From an uncultured Deinococcaceae bacterium (lineage in GTDB: Bacteria > Deinococcota > Deinococci > Deinococcales > Deinococcaceae): 64,000 nt of DNA. The position numbers and the translations under genes were made by a program. Below the pieces are notes generated by a model that saw nothing but the letters and a program-made list of their open reading frames with translations, did no database searches and was not told the origin of the DNA. The stretch lies in NCBI GenBank assembly GCA_964252075.1, contig CAXULY010000002.1, positions 64,001-128,000 on the forward strand, written 5' to 3'. Each line of letters begins with the position of its first letter. Position 1 is the stretch's first letter. Below, piece after piece: positions 58,830 through 64,000 of this stretch.

Positions 58830-60152
58830 ATGACCAGCACCGCAACCGATCAGGTCACGCACCTGACCCACCTCATTCACTCCCGGGGCGCCCGCATCGG
58901 CGTGGTCGGCCTCGGGTACGTCGGCCTGCCCTTCCTGGTGGAGAAAGCCAAGGTGGGCTTTCACGTCACGGGCCTGGACCGCAACCCGGAGCGCGCGCGC
59001 CGCGTGCGCGCGGGCGAGAACTACATCAAGGACGTCCGCGACGACGAGTTGCAGGCGGTCGTCGCGCAGGGCCTCGTGGACGCCACGGACGACTTCACGG
59101 TGCTCGCGCAGCTGGACATCATCGTGATCTGCGTGCCCACGCCCCTCGACCGCAACCTCAGCCCGGACCTCAGCCACGTGCGGCACGTCACGGAGCAGAT
59201 CGCCACGCACCTGCGCCCCGGGCAGCTGATCAGCCTGGAGAGCACCACGTACCCCGGCACCACCGAGGACGTCATGAAGCCCATCCTGGAGTCCAGCGGC
59301 CTGAAGGCCGGGCGTGACTTCTTCCTGGCGCACTCCCCGGAGCGCGTGGACCCCGGCAACCAGCGCTACACCACCAAGAACACCAACAAGGTGGTGGGCG
59401 CGAACGACCCGCGCAGCCTCGCGGTGGCGGAGGTCTTCTACCAGCAGGCGATCGAGACGGTCGTGACGGTCAGCAGCGCGACCGCCGCGGAGATGGTGAA
59501 GGTCTTCGAGAACACCTTCCGCGCCGTGAACATCGCGCTCGTGAACGAGCTTACGCTGCTGTGCGACCGCATGGAGCTCAGCGTGTGGGAGGTGCTGGAC
59601 GCCGCGTTCACGAAACCCTTCGGCATCATGCCCTTCTACCCGGGGCCGGGCGTGGGCGGGCACTGCATTCCGCTCGACCCGCACTACCTGGAGTGGAAGG
59701 CGCGCGAGTACAACTTCCAGACGCACTTCATCGCGCTGGCGGGCGAAACGAACCGCCGCATGCCGGAGTTCGTGGTGGAGAAGGCCGCGCGCGTCCTGAA
59801 CGGGCAGCGCAAGGCGCTGAACGGCAGCCGGGTGCTGCTGCTCGGCATGGCGTACAAGGCGAACCTCGACGATTACCGCGAGTCGCCTGCGCTAGAGGTG
59901 CACCGCCTGCTCGCCGCGGCGGGCGCCGACGTGCGCTTCCACGACACGTGGACGCCGCAGGTGCGCACGCCGGACGTCACGGCGGACAGCGTGCCCCTCA
60001 CGGACGAGGCGCTGCGCGACGCGGACCTCGTGATCATCACGACCGCGCACGGCGACGTGGATTACCGCTGGGTGGTGGACGGCGCGCAGGCCGTGCTGGA
60101 CACCCGGTACGCCACGAAGCACATCCAGAGTGAGAAGGTGACGCTGCTGTGA
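58830..60152 (+). CDS. wbpA: UDP-N-acetylhexosamine 6-dehydrogenase (WbpA-like)
   Basis: GLGYVGLP, CVPTP, ESTTYPGTT, SPERVDPG, GVGGHCIP. Confidence 0.85.
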   Translation: MTSTATDQVTHLTHLIHSRGARIGVVGLGYVGLPFLVEKAKVGFHVTGLDRNPERARRVRAGENYIKDVRDDELQAVVAQGLVDATDDFTVLAQLDIIVICVPTPLDRNLSPDLSHVRHVTEQIATHLRPGQLISLESTTYPGTTEDVMKPILESSGLKAGRDFFLAHSPERVDPGNQRYTTKNTNKVVGANDPRSLAVAEVFYQQAIETVVTVSSATAAEMVKVFENTFRAVNIALVNELTLLCDRMELSVWEVLDAAFTKPFGIMPFYPGPGVGGHCIPLDPHYLEWKAREYNFQTHFIALAGETNRRMPEFVVEKAARVLNGQRKALNGSRVLLLGMAYKANLDDYRESPALEVHRLLAAAGADVRFHDTWTPQVRTPDVTADSVPLTDEALRDADLVIITTAHGDVDYRWVVDGAQAVLDTRYATKHIQSEKVTLL

Positions 60153-61093
60153 AGCGCTTCGCCCTGATCGGCGCGGCGGGCTACATCGCGCCGCGGCACC
60201 TGAAGGCCATCCGGGACGTCGGCTGGGACCTCGTCGCGGCCCTCGACCCCTTCGATTCGGTGGGCGTCATGGACGCGCACTTCCCGCAGGCGGAGTTCTT
60301 CACGCAACCCGAGGTGTTCGAGCGGCACCTGCACGCGCTGCGCCGCGCGAGCGCGGGCGTGGACGTGGTGAGCATCTGCAGCCCGAACCACCTGCACGAC
60401 GCACACATCCGCATGGCGTTGCGCGCGGGCGCGGACGCGCTGTGCGAGAAGCCCCTCGTGCTGGACCCGCAGGACATCCACGACCTGAAGGCCATCGAGC
60501 GGGAGACGGGCGGGCGCGTCTGGACGGTGCTGCAACTGCGCACGCACCCCGCGTTGCTGGCCCTCAGGGACGCGCTGGATGACCGCGTGCACGACGTGGA
60601 CCTCACGTACGTCACGGGCCGCGGGCGCTGGTACCAGCAGAGCTGGAAGGGCCGCGAGGACCTCAGCGGCGGCCTCGCGAGCAACATCGGCGTGCACTTC
60701 TTCGACCTGCTCGGCTGGCTGTTCGGCGCGGTGCTGGACCTGGAGGTGCACGAGCGCAGCAGCACCGCCTGTGCGGGCACGCTGGTGCTGGAGCGCGCGC
60801 GCGTGCGGTGGTTCCTGTCCATCGACGCGGACTTCGTGCCGCCCGCCCTCGCCGCGCGTGGGCAGCGCACGTACCGCTCCATCACGGTGGACGGGCGGGA
60901 GGTGGAGTTCAGCGAGGGCTTCACGGACCTGCACGGCGCGGTGTACGCGCGCACGCTGGACGGGCGGGGCTTCGGTCTGGACGACGCCCTGCAGGCGATC
61001 GAGACGGTCTCGCGCATCCGGCGCGCGCCACTTGCCGCCGCGCGCGAGGGCGCGCACCCCTTCCTGAGCCGCGCGGAGCTGCAGGGCGTCTGA
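60149..61093 (+). CDS. wbpB: Gfo/Idh/MocA UDP-GlcNAcA 3-dehydrogenase (WbpB-like)
   Basis: [47 protein letters not shown]. Confidence 0.88.
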   Translation: MKRFALIGAAGYIAPRHLKAIRDVGWDLVAALDPFDSVGVMDAHFPQAEFFTQPEVFERHLHALRRASAGVDVVSICSPNHLHDAHIRMALRAGADALCEKPLVLDPQDIHDLKAIERETGGRVWTVLQLRTHPALLALRDALDDRVHDVDLTYVTGRGRWYQQSWKGREDLSGGLASNIGVHFFDLLGWLFGAVLDLEVHERSSTACAGTLVLERARVRWFLSIDADFVPPALAARGQRTYRSITVDGREVEFSEGFTDLHGAVYARTLDGRGFGLDDALQAIETVSRIRRAPLAAAREGAHPFLSRAELQGV

Positions 61094-61674
61094 TGGCGAA
61101 CTGGTGGAAGCACGAGAGCGCCATCGTGGACGAAGGCGCGCAGATCGGGGACGGCACGAAGGTGTGGCACTTCAGTCACGTGATGCCCGGCGCGGTGATC
61201 GGTGAGCGCTGCTCGCTCGGGCAGAACGTCTTCGTGGCGAACCACGTCCGCATCGGGAACGGCGTGAAGATCCAGAACAACGTGAGCGTGTACGAGGGCG
61301 TGACGCTGGAGGACTTCGTGTTCTGCGGGCCCAGCATGGTGTTCACGAACGTCCGCACGCCCCGCAGTGAATTCCCGCGCAACACCAGCGGGGACTACAC
61401 GCCGACCGTCGTGAAGCGCGGCGCGAGCATCGGCGCGAACGCCACCATCGTCACGGGCGTCACCCTGCACGAGGGCGCCTTCGTGGCGGCCGGAGCGGTC
61501 GTCACGCGCGACGTGCCCGCGTACTGCGTGGTGGCGGGCGTGCCCGCGCGCGTGGTGGGCTTCATGGGCGCCAGCGGCGACCCCCTCGACTTCAGCGAGG
61601 CTGACACCGTCACGGACAGCGTCGGCCACACCTACCAGCGATTCGGCGAGCACGACGTCCGGAGGCTCTCATGA
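61093..61674 (+). CDS. wbpD: Hexapeptide-repeat N-acetyltransferase (WbpD-like)
   Basis: [36 protein letters not shown]. Confidence 0.88.
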   Translation: MANWWKHESAIVDEGAQIGDGTKVWHFSHVMPGAVIGERCSLGQNVFVANHVRIGNGVKIQNNVSVYEGVTLEDFVFCGPSMVFTNVRTPRSEFPRNTSGDYTPTVVKRGASIGANATIVTGVTLHEGAFVAAGAVVTRDVPAYCVVAGVPARVVGFMGASGDPLDFSEADTVTDSVGHTYQRFGEHDVRRLS

Positions 61675-62780
61675 CCAGCACGACCGCCCCCCTCCCCATC
61701 CTCGACCTGAGCCCCGAAATTGACGCGCTGTGGGGTGAACTGAACGCCGCCATGCAGCGCGTCGTGCGCTCCGGGCAGTTCATCATGGGGCCCGACGTGG
61801 CCGCCTTCGAGCGCGAGGTCGCCGCGCACCTCGGCGTCACGCACGCCGTCGGCCTGAACAGCGGCACGGACGCCCTCGTGATCGGCCTGCGCGCGCTCGG
61901 CATCGGCGCGGGCGATGAGGTCATCACGACGCCCTTCACCTTCTTCGCGACCGGGGAGAGCATCAGCGCGGTGGGCGCCACCCCGGTGTTCGTGGACATC
62001 GACCCCGTCACCTTCAACATGGATCCGGCGGGCCTCGCGGCGGCCGTCACGCCCCGCACGCGCGCCATCATGCCCGTGCACCTGTACGGCCAGCCGTGCG
62101 CGATGGACGCCATCCTGGCGTTCGCGCGGGCGCACGACCTGTTCGTGATTGAGGACTGCGCGCAGTCCTTCGGCGCGCGGTACCGCGGGCGGCACACCGG
62201 CACGCTCGGGCACATCGGCGCGTACTCGTTCTTCCCCAGCAAGAACCTCGGGGCGTTCGGGGACGGCGGCCTGCTCGTCACGGACGACGACGCCGTCGCG
62301 GACGCCGCGCGCATGCTGCGCAGCCACGGCGCGCGCCGGAAGTACCACAACGAGGTGCTGGGCTACAACAGCCGCCTGGACACCATCCAGGCCGCCATCC
62401 TGCGCGTGAAGCTCCCGCACGTGGAGCGCTGGAACGAGGCGCGCCGCGCGGTCGCCGCAACGTACAACAGCCTGTTGGCGGGCGCGCCCGGCATCGTCAC
62501 GCCGCAGGTGACGGACGGGCACGTCTTCCACCAGTACACGGTCCGCCTTCAGGGCGTGGACCGCGACGACGTGCAGCGGCGCCTGGAAGCGCAGGGCATC
62601 GGCACGATGGTGTACTACCCGGTGCCGCAGGACCAGCTGCCCGTGTACGCCGGTCAGGCCGAACCGCTGCCACACAGCGCCCAGGCCGCCCGGCAGGTGC
62701 TGAGCCTCCCCATGTGGCCGGGCCTGCCCGCTCACGCCATCGAGCGCTGCGCGCGCGCCCTGCTCGACCTCACGCGATGA
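61671..62780 (+). CDS. wbpE: DegT/DnrJ sugar aminotransferase (WbpE-like)
   Basis: [37 protein letters not shown]. Confidence 0.85.
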   Translation: MTSTTAPLPILDLSPEIDALWGELNAAMQRVVRSGQFIMGPDVAAFEREVAAHLGVTHAVGLNSGTDALVIGLRALGIGAGDEVITTPFTFFATGESISAVGATPVFVDIDPVTFNMDPAGLAAAVTPRTRAIMPVHLYGQPCAMDAILAFARAHDLFVIEDCAQSFGARYRGRHTGTLGHIGAYSFFPSKNLGAFGDGGLLVTDDDAVADAARMLRSHGARRKYHNEVLGYNSRLDTIQAAILRVKLPHVERWNEARRAVAATYNSLLAGAPGIVTPQVTDGHVFHQYTVRLQGVDRDDVQRRLEAQGIGTMVYYPVPQDQLPVYAGQAEPLPHSAQAARQVLSLPMWPGLPAHAIERCARALLDLTR

Positions 62781-64000
62781 CGGGCGAACCGCGCGCGGCC
62801 CACGCGCTCGAGGGGCGCGGGGCGGTCAGGCAGGCCCTCACGGGCACGCTGCTCGCGCAGGGCGCGGCGCTGCTCGCCACGCCGCTCCTCACGCGGCTGT
62901 ACGGGCCCGCGGCGGTCGGCACGTACGTCGCGGCGCTGTCCGCATGCCTGATCGTGTCGAGCGTCGCGACGCTGCGGCTGGACCTCGCGGTGCAGCGCGC
63001 GCAGGCGCGGCAGGTGCCGGCCGCGGCGGGCGCGGCGCTCGCGTGCGCGCTGCTGCTGGCGCTCCTGATGGGCGTGGCGGGCGCACTCCTGCAACCGCTC
63101 GCGCCGCAGGTGCCCGGCCTGGGCGCGCTGGCCTTCGCGTACGGCGTGGTGATGGGCGCGCAGCAGGTCGTGACGGCGCTGCTGCTGCGCGGGGAGCGGC
63201 ACGCGGCGCTCAGCACGAACCGCGCCGCGACGAACGCCCTGATCGTGCTGCTGCAGCTCGGCGCGGCGACCCTCGGCGCGACCGCGACGACGCTGCTGCT
63301 GTGCGACGTGCTGGGGCGCCTGCTCGCCACGCTGGGCGCGCTGCCCGCCGTGCGGCAGGTGCTGCCGCGCGTGGCGCTCGGCGCGCGCGCGGTGCTCGAC
63401 ACCCTGCGGCGTGAGCGGGGCCTCGTGCGCTTCGCGACGCCCGCGGCGCTCCTGAACAACGCGAGCGTGTACGCCCTGCCCGTCGCGCTGGCCCTGAAGT
63501 ACCCAGCGGCGCTGGTCGGGCAGGTCGCCATGACGCAGAAGCTGGTGGGCCTGCCGCTCGCGGTGGTGGGTCAGGCGCTCGCGCAGGTGTACGTGGCGGG
63601 CGCCATCCGCAACCTCAGCGCGGGCGGCGACGCGCGCGCCGCGCACCTGCGGACCTTCACGCGCCTGCTGGGCGGCATGGCACTCGCGCTGCTGGCGTTC
63701 GTGCCGCTCGCGCCGTGGGCCTTCCGGGCGCTGCTCGGCCCCGAGTGGGCGGCGTCCGGCGTGTACTACCAGCTGCTCGCCGTGTCGTACGCCGCGCAGT
63801 TCGTCGCGAACCCCGTGTCGCAGACGCTGAACCTGCACGGCGCGGAGCGCTGGCAGTGGTGGTGGGACGCCGCGCGCTTCGCGTCGGTGGCGCTCGTGCT
63901 GCTCGGCGGCCCCGCGCTGGGCCTGGACCTCCCGGCGGTGCTCGTCGTGTACGCGGGCGTCATGACGCTCGCGTACCTCAGCCTGCTGCTGCTCAGCGCG
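62777..64000 (+). CDS. Oligosaccharide flippase (Wzx-like), runs off window
   Basis: ATGA overlap; GTLLAQGAALLATPLLTRLYGP, ATLRLDLAV, LLGPEW; many TMs; absent from ORF track because no stop is in the window. Confidence 0.85.
   Translation, partial: MTGEPRAAHALEGRGAVRQALTGTLLAQGAALLATPLLTRLYGPAAVGTYVAALSACLIVSSVATLRLDLAVQRAQARQVPAAAGAALACALLLALLMGVAGALLQPLAPQVPGLGALAFAYGVVMGAQQVVTALLLRGERHAALSTNRAATNALIVLLQLGAATLGATATTLLLCDVLGRLLATLGALPAVRQVLPRVALGARAVLDTLRRERGLVRFATPAALLNNASVYALPVALALKYPAALVGQVAMTQKLVGLPLAVVGQALAQVYVAGAIRNLSAGGDARAAHLRTFTRLLGGMALALLAFVPLAPWAFRALLGPEWAASGVYYQLLAVSYAAQFVANPVSQTLNLHGAERWQWWWDAARFASVALVLLGGPALGLDLPAVLVVYAGVMTLAYLSLLLLSA

Overview
High-GC bacterial chromosome segment. 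Gene content and several TAnnnT-N5-7-ATG/GTG leaderless starts suggest Deinococcus (inference). Left to right: partial SDR, HtrA-like protease, GH43 lipoprotein, a stand-alone A-T-TE NRPS-like gene coupled to a PPTase, family-B DNA polymerase plus NUDIX, and a MarR / 2xTolC / EmrB / double-adaptor efflux operon. Next come AKR, ilvE, an NPCBM lipoprotein, a GH5-CBM17/28 cellulase with paired LacI-type operators, orphan receivers, MFS transporters, an RNase H-like protein, a DUF4388-GTPase-roadblock operon, a GAF-GAF-degenerate GGDEF-wHTH protein, and SAM-I-riboswitch-led ssuDACB. The main discovery is a 9.3-kb decayed prophage-like element (41288-50598) bounded by 34-bp imperfect inverted repeats resembling serine-integrase attP arms. 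Its integrase has lost the catalytic domain, and it splits an apparent chitinase to beta-1,3-glucanase (GH18-GH64) operon. It is followed by two divergent chitinases sharing a near-identical ~257-bp inverted 5' block and a conserved promoter architecture. The window ends in a polysaccharide cluster (two priming transferases, wbpABDE-like genes, flippase). No rRNA, tRNA or CRISPR array was seen. All family calls are by motif recognition, with no database searches.
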